DNA of 64,000 nucleotides from positions 12,462,001-12,526,000 of the forward strand of contig OZ024745.1 of the NCBI GenBank assembly GCA_964016885.1, written 5' to 3'. Of the stretch, positions 25,941-36,117 are shown piece by piece. Each line of letters opens with the position of its first letter. The first letter of the stretch is position 1. Below the pieces are notes generated by a model that was not told where the DNA came from, searched no databases, and saw only the letters and a program-made list of their open reading frames with translations. Source of the DNA: Eledone cirrhosa (Eukaryota). The position numbers and the translations under genes were made by a program.

Positions 25941-26511
25941 TTTAATTTTATGTTTAATTTAGTTTCCAAATCCCAGAAAAAAAAAATTGATTCAGAGCAA
26001 CTAAAAGGTCAGATTAGTTGATAGCACTGAAAAGGAGACCGAAGAAAAATCATTAGGGTATATATCTACAAAACGACAATGGCTTTTCCACCTGCTTTAC
26101 CCCTCCTTTTTCCTAGAACAACTAATCATTTCCAACTGGTTTGGAGGTCATATTCGTTGATAACATGAGAAAACTCTGGGGTTAAATGAGAGAAGTGCAT
26201 CCACCTAAGTTTTCCATGAAGAGAGAGTCAATAACAAACATCTTGGAGTTCGGATTAGTTGATAACACATGAAAAAAAGATGAGGAAAAAATTTTGGGTG
26301 TTATGTGGTGTGTGTGGAGTGGTGTGTTGTGGTGTGTTTTTATGTGGAGTGGAGTAGTGTGGTGTGTTGTGGTGTGTTTTTATGTGGAGTGGAGTAGTGT
26401 GGTGTAGTGTTGTATTATTTTTATGGGGTGTGGTGTGATGTGGTGCGGTGCACTGTGGTGTTGTGCAGTGTGGTGTTGTGCAGTGCGGTGTTGTGCAGTG
26501 CGGTGCAGTGA

Positions 26512-26590
26512 GGTTCTTCATCTTTGTATTCATCTTTGTATTCATCTTTGTATTCATCTTTGTATTCATCTTCTTTGTTTTGTCTTCCAT
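26512..26590 (-). other. Exon-like module 1 with a 12-bp tandem repeat
   Basis: Same CTGAGAGA/TTTAG|ATGG acceptor context. Phase-1 reading: DGRQNKE(DEYK)nDEE. Confidence 0.45.
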
Positions 26591-26745
26591 CTAAACAAAC
26601 AAAAATATATATATAAAACATATGTAGCCAATCTCTCAGACTTTTACAACTTTGTCTGATTTACTCGTTTTATTTACAATCCATTAAAATTATAATGGTA
26701 TTAGAATGAAATAGTATGGTAGAATATTAAGTGTTAAGTGTTAAT

Positions 26746-26784
26746 TGAACAAGTAATTTCATGCTTTCGCAATCTTCAGGTTCA
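26746..26784 (-). ncRNA. Second hammerhead copy in the inverted pseudo-LTR (stem III mutated)
   Basis: Same sequence on the minus strand, but GAAA-TTAC-TT breaks the stem III palindrome. Confidence 0.6.
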
Positions 26785-27090
26785 TATTCTGTGGTGACAG
26801 TCAAGTTTACAATTTTCAACTGTAATGAGATGGGTAAATTTTGTGCCTTATATACAGTGAAAAGCGGCTACATGTGTAGTTTCACTGGATTACTGAAGCT
26901 GATTGGTTTAGGCATCACGGTTGGTTGGGCATGTCTAACGACTTCTATTTAGCATCTATTCAAAGCATCAATTGTTTTGCTATTTTTAGAAATGATGAAA
27001 ATAGCATTTTCTAGGGTTTTATACCCCTAAGAATTATTATTGTTCATTTAGTTTGGGTTGGAATTTTGAAAAATATTCCCAAATGCAAAT

Positions 27091-27381
27091 ATGAACTGCA
27101 AAAGCAGAAATCTAATTTACTGCATTAAATGCCCGAATTGTGAAGAACTATATGTCGGTCAAACTGGAAATGCACTATCGGAACGTGCACGGGTGCACCG
27201 ACAGCAAATCAGAGACCCAAATGTCCGTCAGATACCCCTGAGTAACCATCTAGCAGCATGTGGTCAGAAAATATTTATATTTCCATTCTACAAATTACAC
27301 AGGCCAAGTGAAATCAAGAGAAAAATCACAGAAAAGAATTTTATTGATAAATTCCAACCCAAGCTAAATGAACAATTATAA
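27091..27381 (+). CDS. GIY-YIG endonuclease C-terminal domain of a Penelope-like element (truncated)
   Basis: NLIYCIKCPNCEELYVGQT...R..HRQQIR...H...R..TE..FIDKFQPKLN: IY/YVG motifs, CxxC and His residues, conserved R/E/N. Confidence 0.9.
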   Translation: MNCKSRNLIYCIKCPNCEELYVGQTGNALSERARVHRQQIRDPNVRQIPLSNHLAACGQKIFIFPFYKLHRPSEIKRKITEKNFIDKFQPKLNEQL

Positions 27382-27668
27382 TTCTTAGGGGTATAAAAAC
27401 CCTAGAAAATGCTATTTACATCATTTCTAAAAATAGCAAAACAATTGATGCTTTGGATAGAGCCAAATAGAAGTCGTTAGACATGCTCAACCAACCATGA
27501 CGCCTAAACCAATCAGCTTCAGTAATCCAGTGAAACTACACACCAATTGGTCGAAATATAGTTTGCAAAATATAGCATTCTGTAGCCGCTTTTCTCTGTA
27601 TATAAGGCACAAAATTTACCCATCTCATTACAGTTGAAAATTGCAAACTTGACTGTCACCACAGAATA

Positions 27669-27707
27669 TGAACCTGAAGATTGCGAAAGCATGAAAGTAC
27701 TTGTTCA
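27669..27707 (+). ncRNA. Minimal type I hammerhead ribozyme
   Basis: Stem I TGAAC/GTTCA, core CTGAAGA, stem II TGC-GAAA-GCA, GAAA, palindromic stem III A-GTAC-T, cleavage triplet CUU. Confidence 0.75.
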
Positions 27708-27751
27708 ATTAACACTTAACACTTAATATTCTAACATACTATTCAGATTAC

Positions 27752-28125
27752 ATCTATATATATATACACATGCATATATATATACATACATACATACACA
27801 TATACATATATACAAATACATATATACATGCATATATATATATATACATATACAATATGTATAGGATTCCTTTCCCTTTGAGCACATAATTTACAGGGAA
27901 TAACGCGACTCTATGGCTCCGTTAATTTATCTTCATATATACATATATATACATACACACACACATATATATACATACACACATATGCATACACACACAT
28001 GCATATACACATATATACATACACACACATATACATACACACACATATACATACACACATATATACATACACACACATATATATAGATTCATACATACAT
28101 ACACACACACATATATATATATATG
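27752..28125. repeat. (TA/CA)n compound microsatellite
   Basis: Degenerate TATACA/CACATA runs. Confidence 0.9.
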
Positions 28126-28477
28126 TATAAAGTACTTGACGATGAGCATTCTAGTTGTTCAATAAACTGATTGAATAATACAAACGATGTTTTAATATAC
28201 AGATTCATTATTTGCGTATATATAATATATTTACAGTAGAATAACAGCAAATATGTTTTAAATATATACATAAATAATTACCAATGCTTAAAAAACATTA
28301 TAAATTGCTCGCGATTCTTTCAGAAGGATATATTCCTTTAATGTTGCAATATTAAAGAAAATATACGTCTATATATACATACATATATTTATTCAACTAA
28401 GGAAAGTTGGTTGATTGAAAATTTGCCGACTCTTTCATAAGTTTAATATCAACAGTTTATGTTTATCCGGAGTTTTA

Positions 28478-28590
28478 TTATAATAATTGTTTCTACTTTG
28501 GCACAAGGCCAGCAATTACCCAGTGTATTACTGCTACTTTATTTTATCGACCCCATAAGGATGAAAGGCAAAGTTAACCTCGGTGGGTTA
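28478..28590 (-). mobile_element. SINE family 1 fragment
   Basis: Reverse complement of the SINE 1 core and tail. Confidence 0.85.
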
Positions 28591-28792
28591 TAATAATAAA
28601 CAAGAAAGACGGTATCATTTGCCCATTTCATTTGTATAACATCTGCCCTACGTGTTCTCATATCAATGGATATCAACGAATATCTCATATCAACGGATAT
28701 TTACATCTTGCATGGATTTTTTGTCGGAAGAAAACACGTAAGGCAGATATTATACAAATGACATATGTCTTCGAAATAAGTATAATAAAATA

Positions 28793-28853
<61 letters not shown>

Positions 28854-29781
28854 AGGTGAGTTTTATTGTAGTACAATAAAGAGCAATGCAGATATCGGAT
28901 AAGTACCACTCTACAGTTTGTAGGACTGGAGTATAAATAATAAGATCAAAAGATGGTTAAAAGAGTTCCATGTATTTTATTATGCGCATTTCAAAAACAA
29001 ATATCATGCGATGACATTTGCGTTTTCGTCAGATAAAATAGGGAGACATGATATGAAGGTTAAAAAACACTTGTGAATAGTGCAGTTTTAAATCAACTTA
29101 TGAAAAGTAATTCAAGATTGATATGTGATATTGGGAAAAAAATGAGGGTGGGTGGGTGGGGTGGAAAGGATGAAAAAGAGGAGGAGATGAGAGTAAAGAA
29201 TGGAGGGGGAGGAGTATAATAAGGAAGGATGAGATAGGAGGAGAGATGGGTGATAGAAAGAGAGAGATAGCCTTTATAACTGAGAAAAATATATTGTTTT
29301 ACAGAGAGAGGTTAAAAAGCCGTTGGAAGATAATATATAAATTAAAAGAATTTGAAAATTAATGAAAAGAAAAAAATTAAGAATAATGTTAAATTAAGGT
29401 TTGTATATTGAAGAGTTTAATAATATGTGCGATGAAAAGAAATTGTTAATATATATTAAGAATAATGTTAAATTAAGGTTTGTATATTGAAGGGTTTAAT
29501 AATGTGTTAAACCTTAATTTAACATTATTCTTAATATATATTAACAATTTCTTTTCATCGCACATATTATTAAACCCTTCAATATACAAACCTTAATTTA
29601 ACATTATTCTTAATTTTTTCTTTTCATTAATTTTCAAATTCTTTTAATTTATATATTATCTTCCAACGGCTTTTTAACCTCTCTCTCTCTGTAAAACAAT
29701 ATATTTTTCTCAGTTATAAAAGCTATCTCTCTCTCTCTATCACCCATCTCTCCTATCTCATCCTTCCTTATTATACTCCTC

Positions 29782-31166
29782 CAGTGGCGGATTTAACAGG
29801 TGGTGAAGGTGGAAAATGCCGACTGGGCCCCTGCCGACTGGGCGCTTGCAAAAAAAAAAAATTGTAATTTGGGCGATATCCAAAAATACCTCCCCCATGC
29901 CTAGGGCTAAATAACTTCGCTGTTCGCTGCTGATATGAGGCTAAATAACTTCGCTGCTGGCTGCTGAAATGAGGCTATTCCAACAAATTTACATTCCCCT
30001 TTTTTTAGCCGTTAAAAGAAATATAGATTTATTTATTTATTTGAAACGTTTTTGTTAGTTTCATTGTTTTGTTTTTTTGGCGATAATTTTGTTAGTTTCT
30101 TGTTGTTTTTTTTTAGTTTCTTTTTGATTTATTCCTTGTGACAGTGCTTTGAACGTTCAACAGATAAATTGGAAGAACTCAGATGCGATCACAAATTTGA
30201 ACAATTTGTGGACCAGACAAAGAAAGCCTGGAATGACGTGGGATTTGATGCATCTGAAACTAATTTTAAAATAACACGAGTAAGGAGAAGAAAGATTATG
30301 GATGGTGAAGTTTGTGGTGTTGAAAGACTAGCTACTGCTTCAGATAGATATCGCACTGCAATTTATTTTCAATCACTGGATAGTATGATTGGGGAGATGA
30401 GAGCCCGAACTGAAGGAATAAAAAAAATATCTTCAATCTTTGGATTTTTGAGTCCAAATCGACTGGCTAAATGCTCAGATGATGAACTAAAAACACATGT
30501 AGCAACATTGGTAGATAACTTTCCAAATGAATTCACACTGGAACTCAGAAATGAACTCTTTTCTTTCATTGGCCTCTACTTTTCACAGCCAAACGCAGCT
30601 TTAAAACAAAGTGGGGTTATGCCATATCTGAAATTTTTACTGAACAATGACTTGTGTGATGTCTTTCCCGAGTTTGAAATTCTGGTAAGGCTATTTCTCA
30701 CTTTACCAATTGGCATAGCAAGTGCGGAACGCTCTTTCAGTGTTCTACGAAGAATTAAAAATTATCTTCGTTCAACGATGGGCCAGGAGAGGCTATCCAG
30801 TTTTGCCCTGCTGGCAATTGAAAACAAAATTACTAAATCAGTAAACTTGGACCACGCTATAACTCATTTTTCAACTGTTAAAGCTCGCAGAGGTCTGCGC
30901 ATGTAAAAGCAATTTGTGTAAAAGACTAACATATATACAACTTTATTACTTTATTATTTGTTTACAGTACAGCACATCTGTTTGTTTGTTTCAAATAAAG
31001 TATACTTGTAATTTAATTGTCTTCTTAATGATTATTGGTAGCTAAATGGGAAATAAAAAAAAAAACTTTTTCAATACTCGCTCGAAAAGATGGTACTTTA
31101 ATTTTCACTCTGGGACCTCCTTACTGACCAATGCCGACTGGGCCCTATTCCTTAAATCCGCCACTG
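29782..31166 (+). mobile_element. Internally deleted hAT transposon (Tip100/ZMYM1-like), 1385 bp
   Basis: 15-bp TIRs CAGTGGCGGATTTAA / TTAAATCCGCCACTG, 8-bp TSD TACTCCTC (29774-29781, 31167-31174), and AATGCCGACTGGGCCC near both ends. Confidence 0.96.
30169..30906 (+). CDS. hAT transposase C-terminal half incl. dimerization domain (truncated)
   Basis: FPEFEILVRLFLTLPIGIASAERSFSVLRRIKNYLRSTMGQERLSSFALLAIE motif. Confidence 0.9.
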   Translation: MEELRCDHKFEQFVDQTKKAWNDVGFDASETNFKITRVRRRKIMDGEVCGVERLATASDRYRTAIYFQSLDSMIGEMRARTEGIKKISSIFGFLSPNRLAKCSDDELKTHVATLVDNFPNEFTLELRNELFSFIGLYFSQPNAALKQSGVMPYLKFLLNNDLCDVFPEFEILVRLFLTLPIGIASAERSFSVLRRIKNYLRSTMGQERLSSFALLAIENKITKSVNLDHAITHFSTVKARRGLRM

Positions 31167-31824
31167 TACTCCTCCCCCACCATTCTTTACTTTCATCTCC
31201 TCTTTTTCATCCTTTCCACCCCCCCCCCCTCATTTTTGCCCCAATATCACATATCAATCTTAAATTACTTTTCATATGTTGATTTAAAACTGCACTATTC
31301 ACAAGTGTTTTTTAACCTTCATATCATGTCTCCCTATTTTATCTGACGAAAACGCAAATGTCATCGCATGATGATATTTGTTTTTGAAATGCGCATAATA
31401 AAATACATGGAACTCTTTTAACCACCTTTTGATCTTATATTATATATATACATATACATACATAGTAATAATAATTGTTTCTACTTTAGGCACAAGGCCA
31501 GCAATTACCCAGTGCATTACTGAATAATAATAATATTTATACTTATATATGATTATAAATATGGATGGTAGTACTAAGTACTAGCCGGAAGGAGAAAAGG
31601 CTCAATGTAAATTTTCAAATGTATTACAGAAGTTTAATACATTTAATTGGTGATAATTTTTTTTTTACATACATACATACATACATATATATATACAATA
31701 TATTAATAAATGGAAACTATATTTATCATGGGCCACCGCTTTCATCAGATAAAATACATATATATATATGTATGAAACTTAATTATTCGTGTAACGTTTT
31801 TAATAATTATTTGATATTACTTAC

Positions 31825-31895
31825 CGTTTTCTTATCTTTTGATTTACTGTTTCTTCATTTCTCCTGCGTTTGTTGAAATTCCCGCTATTCTCTGG
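31825..31895 (-). other. Candidate non-coding first exon of the minus-strand cargo transcript
   Basis: Strong donor AAAACG|GTAAGT at 31825/31824, just downstream of the palindromic promoter-like element. 5' end not defined. Confidence 0.4.
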
Positions 31896-32171
31896 AGAAA
31901 AATTGCGCCAAACGTTTCCTTTTGAAAGAATAATGTGATTTGTCACGAGATATTACCTCTAAATATGTGTATACGTATACACATTACCTCTAAATATGTG
32001 TATACGTATATACGTATACACATTACCTCTAAATATGTGTATACGTATATACGTATACACATTACCTCTAAATATGTGTATACGTATATACGTATACACA
32101 TATTTAGAAGTACTATCACGTGACAAATCACATTATTCTTTCAAAAGGAAAAGTTTGGCGCCATTTTTCTC
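31895..32171. promoter_or_regulatory. Palindromic element (85-bp arms) with mirrored E2F-like TTTGGCGC and CHR-like TTTGAA sites and an internal 39-bp tandem
   Basis: 31895-31979 vs 32087-32171 are inverted with ~5 mismatches. GCGCCAAA at 31905, TTTGGCGC at 32154, CACGTG at 32117. Promoter function is inferred. Confidence 0.55.
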
Positions 32172-32265
32172 GTATATACGTATTTTTTCATTGTAAGTTC
32201 GGAAAAATGATAAATTGGAATAATTCTAAAATCGGGAAAATTTTTTATATCACTCAAATGATGTT

Positions 32266-32400
32266 ATTGCATTAAGCATCCTTTTCACACTTCCAGTATC
32301 GATGGAAAATGGTGAGAGTAGTTTCTCAAAGCTGAAGCTTATAAAATTTTACATTCACTCTACAATGTTGCAAGGGAGTTTTGTTGACTTGCATTTTTAA
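32266..32400 (+). pseudogene. Degenerate hAT dimerization-domain relic
   Basis: IALSILFTLPVSMENGESSFSKLKLIKFYIHSTMLQ resembles the hAT consensus 'LLTLPVTVASGERSFSKLKLIKNYLRSTM'. Confidence 0.8.
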
Positions 32401-32723
32401 CGATAATAAACCGATTATTAATCATTGAAAGACTCAAAATAATAATACTATGGAATATTTTTACTGAGTCCGGTTAAGAGTATACTATTTTCCATTCCCG
32501 AGGGTATACTCTTAAGCAGACTCGACTGTACCTGCGGGGCTAGACCGAGGGGGCGGGGAAAAGTCGGGTCCCATCACAATATTCCCGTTCCATGATAGTA
32601 AGGCCCCTTCACCTGAGAGGCAAAGGTAAAACCTGCAACGATACATTTTCTCAAACAAGAACCTGGTTAATTTCGTGCTCGACAAGTCTGTTATCATAAT
32701 TCAATACACATCAGCAACCAACA

Positions 32724-32781
<58 letters not shown>

Positions 32782-33486
32782 CCCTGTTGTATATCAATAC
32801 TAGCTGCTTCCTACCTCTTTATCAGATAAATATTTTTTTTTACAAGCTGTTTTTTAGTCTGTTTATAGATTCTGCATGGGATTACGTTATTGTTGTTGTT
32901 TAGCCCTAGGTCAACCTTGACTAAACCACAGAATTCCATTATGATCAACGGTATTCCAGCCACGACCATCCCGTCGTTTTAGGTGTATCTAATACGTACA
33001 TTATCAGACATCGTGTTCTTTCTTAATATTTTTTTTAAGGTGGGTGGAAAGAATTGGCTGTTATTTCTAGCAAACTGAGTGCCCACATAGTATGTGTATA
33101 TGGGGGAGGGGTATGTTAAAGTAAGGGAGTACAAGTGTTTGTGAAACATTTAACCATTTACATTATAAATTCAAATGTGTGGGTAGTTCTTGGTGATCGA
33201 ACGAAAGGAACCGATACGAGATCCATTGATTCTGTATAAGCCTATCAGAGGTTCATCGATATACCAACCATTGGTAAATATTCTCCTCACGAAGGGCGAG
33301 AGTGGCGATCGCAAACATATATACATATACACACAAACACATACACACCACATATATATATATATACGCAGAAACACACACATACAATAACGACTAGTAC
33401 TACGATTCTGGAGGAGCGAATGATGGAGAAGATGAAGCTCTCTGTCGCAGAATAAATGGTATTTAATTTTAATAATAATACTAATA

Positions 33487-33544
<58 letters not shown>

Positions 33545-34602
33545 TTCTCAATTGAATTGATTATCATTATCGTTTTTATGGCAAAAGATAGACAGAGAGG
33601 GAAAGAGATAGATAGAGGGAAAGATTTTGACATATATATATATATATATGTATTTTGTTTTTTTATATATATATATATGATAGAAAGAAGAGAAAAAAAC
33701 GAAACCCTTAGAAACGAATAAGAGTCATCAAAGCGATCATATGTATTGCTTTAAACTGTAATGCGAAGGGATACACTAGTATTTGAAGTACCATCATTTG
33801 GGATTTTAACCCTCGGACTTTCCCCTCCTGGTTTTGAAATTTAGGGAAAATTTAGGGGTGACTGGGAATATTACATAATGTAGGGATTTTCTTTTCCTTT
33901 TCTATCATTTCTTATTTATGTATTTATATATTTATTTATCTACTCTCGTGATTGATATTCCGACAAATGTTAGGGGTGTATTTTGGTTTTTTATTATGTC
34001 AGGTATAGCATCCAAAAATTTCTCCCTTCCCCCAATATATATATATATATATATATACAAACAGTGTCCCAAAAAATGTATACACACTTCAACAGCAAAG
34101 TAATCAAAGTGTGTATATATTTTTGAGGGGACACCGTGTGTATATATATATATATATGTGTGTGTATGTGTAACTAGTAAAACTGTTAAAACGCAGCGGT
34201 ATATTCTAATTTGGCCCTTTTAAGGGCCACCTATATTTTCATTTAAGTAACTCCACTTACATCTATATGCTTTAATTAAAAAAATAATAAAAAAACGCGT
34301 GAAAATTTTTTTTTTATTTAAGTAACTCCACTTACGCGTGGTAGTAATACGGAAATAAACGCTGTTTTGCATTCATCGGCTGCTTCAACTGACAGCTAAT
34401 AGCGTTGTAGTGCCAAGAAACTTGTTGATACTTTATAAAACAAATGAAATAGTAAAATATTATTATGCAGTGGAGTTTTGAAACAATCAAAATATTAAAA
34501 CATCATAGAAATACTCTCGTGGGAAGTTACGAAACCACATCTAAACATCATCATCATCATATGTTAACTGCCACGGCTTGTATAATATATATATATATAT
34601 AT

Positions 34603-34737
34603 AATTGTCTCTACTTTAGGCACAAGGCCAGCAATTACCCAGTGCATTACTGGTACTTTATTTTATCGACCCCGTAAGGATGAAAGGCAAAGTCAACCTC
34701 GGCGGGATTTGAACTCAGATCGTAAAGGGACGTAACA
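34603..34737 (-). mobile_element. SINE family 1 copy
   Basis: Reverse complement includes the B box and core. Confidence 0.85.
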
Positions 34738-35255
34738 ATGAAAGCTATACCCATTTTCACAAGAGAAGGCATCTCTCACCTGACGGACGGGCAGAGTTTA
34801 CAGGTCTGCCCTTCATAGAAAGCATCACACACACATACATACACATGTTGGTGACTCAATAGAGCCAAGTCATCCACTCCATTACATGGCTGAAGATTCT
34901 CAGCTACTGAGCAAACATCGTTTCATGTCATGCTGCCCTTTCTCTTGTCACACAGAAAAGCTGCAATACTCAAATTTCAATATGCTTCAGACGTGGATAG
35001 CTGGCAACAGATATAATGACCCAACAGAGCTCTCTATGACGACAACCCTTATACGGGAGACGTTTGTACAAGGACGAGATTCGACGTTTGATCCCATTGT
35101 ATGTCACTTTAGATCAGAGGTTCTCAAACTTTTGGGGCCACCTCCCCACTCACGGCCCCATTATACCCTCAGCGCCCCCACCCCTATTTCCGGAGAGACT
35201 TGCTAACACGCAAATTATAAATGATACATAATAGATAAAATCATTAATTTATATA

Positions 35256-35440
35256 TGGATTGGCAGTATCGGTAGAGGGTTTGACGCCATGCTTTGCAGC
35301 AAAGAGTTACGGCCCTTTATGGTCTGAGTTCAAATCCCGCCGAGGTTAACTTTGCCTTTCATCCTTACAGGGTCGGTAAAATAAAGTACCAGTAATACAC
35401 TGAGATAATTGCTGGCCTTATGCCAAAAGTAGAAACAATT
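35256..35440 (+). mobile_element. Near full-length SINE family 1
   Basis: A box TGGCAGTATCGG (35261), B box GTTCAAATCC (35328), core and AGAAACAATT tail. Confidence 0.9.
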
Positions 35441-35444
35441 AATT

Positions 35445-36108
35445 TATGGAAGCTGAACATGTCCCTACCGGCAAGTAAAGCTTACAGGAACCGGATTAGT
35501 ACGTTAGTTAAGGAGTGGTTGACTGAAGCGATCGTCAACAGCAGGTGGTGGGTATCTCTAAAGAGAGAGATTAGATTAGTCTCGATAGAATTTAGTAAGG
35601 TTTTAGCTGCGGATAGGAATAGGAAGGAAAGGGAGCTGATAGACAGAGTAGAAGAGGCAATTAGAAGCGGCGACGTGGCCTCAGAACGGCTTTGAACCAG
35701 TTTTTCGACGCGAAGCACAAAGGCTGCGTTTTCCGAAGTAAAATACGTGCTCTAGGAAACGAGGGGACCAAAGCTGTTAGCTGGGCCCGCGTGACAGAAG
35801 CCAAGAGTGGAATTAAATCCACCATCCGGTCTTTGCGAGACCAGGATGGACGAGCGATCCTTGAACCTAAGCAGATGTGTGAGGCCTTTCAAAGGCACTT
35901 TGCCCGATTGTTCAAAAAGGGCGGGGAGCTGGTTGGGGAAGTGGACTTCGGTCCATACCTCGACGGCCTGCCGCGTCTTTCGGACGAGGAGGCGAAGTCC
36001 TGTGAGGAACCGATTTCAGCCGCTGAGATAGAGGATGTGCTGAGCCAATGCGGCAAACGCAAATCCCCGGTCTCGATGGTCTTCCATACGAACTATATCT
36101 AGCTATGC
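35445..36108 (+). mobile_element. L1/Tx1-clade LINE ORF2 internal fragment
   Basis: LWKLNMSL...WWVSLKREIR...RSK...FQRHFARLF...LPRLSDEE..EPISAAEIEDVL...PGLDGLPYELY: the EN-RT linker. Confidence 0.82.
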
Positions 36109-36117
36109 CGGACTTGT

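Larger units (their letters stand above)
26710..27743 (+). mobile_element. Penelope-like element: GIY-YIG endonuclease remnant flanked by inverted pseudo-LTRs
   Basis: 26710-27066 is an inverted copy of 27349-27743. The central ORF is a PLE-type GIY-YIG domain, and both arms carry a hammerhead core. Confidence 0.9.
28941..31438. mobile_element. Foldback palindrome (~540-bp arms, ~28-bp spacer) interrupted by a hAT insertion
   Basis: 28941-29481 is inversely repeated by 29510-29781 plus 31175-31438. Confidence 0.88.
3554..34414. mobile_element. Putative giant (30.9 kb) Merlin-like composite/non-autonomous DNA transposon
   Basis: Perfect 27-bp TIRs (3554-3580 and 34388-34414). 8-bp direct repeat AAGAAACT at 3546-3553 and 34415-34422. 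Subterminal inverted motifs (3621-3657 vs 34325-34361; 3781-3839 vs 34205-34263). A 5'-GGCAC start (GGNRM) with 8-bp TSD fits the Merlin/IS1016 superfamily. No transposase seen inside. Confidence 0.7.

Noticed and set aside
33171-33460. Possible Merlin transposase or other cargo exon
   Set aside because: Translations show no DDE/Merlin motif or recognisable domain, and the ORFs are padded by microsatellite.
35114-35215. Complete hAT/Charlie MITE starting CAGAGGTTCTCAAAC
   Set aside because: Only one terminus found; no partner TIR or TSD.
35256-35340. tRNA gene
   Set aside because: The A/B boxes belong to a multi-copy SINE head that continues into the SINE core; no proper cloverleaf.
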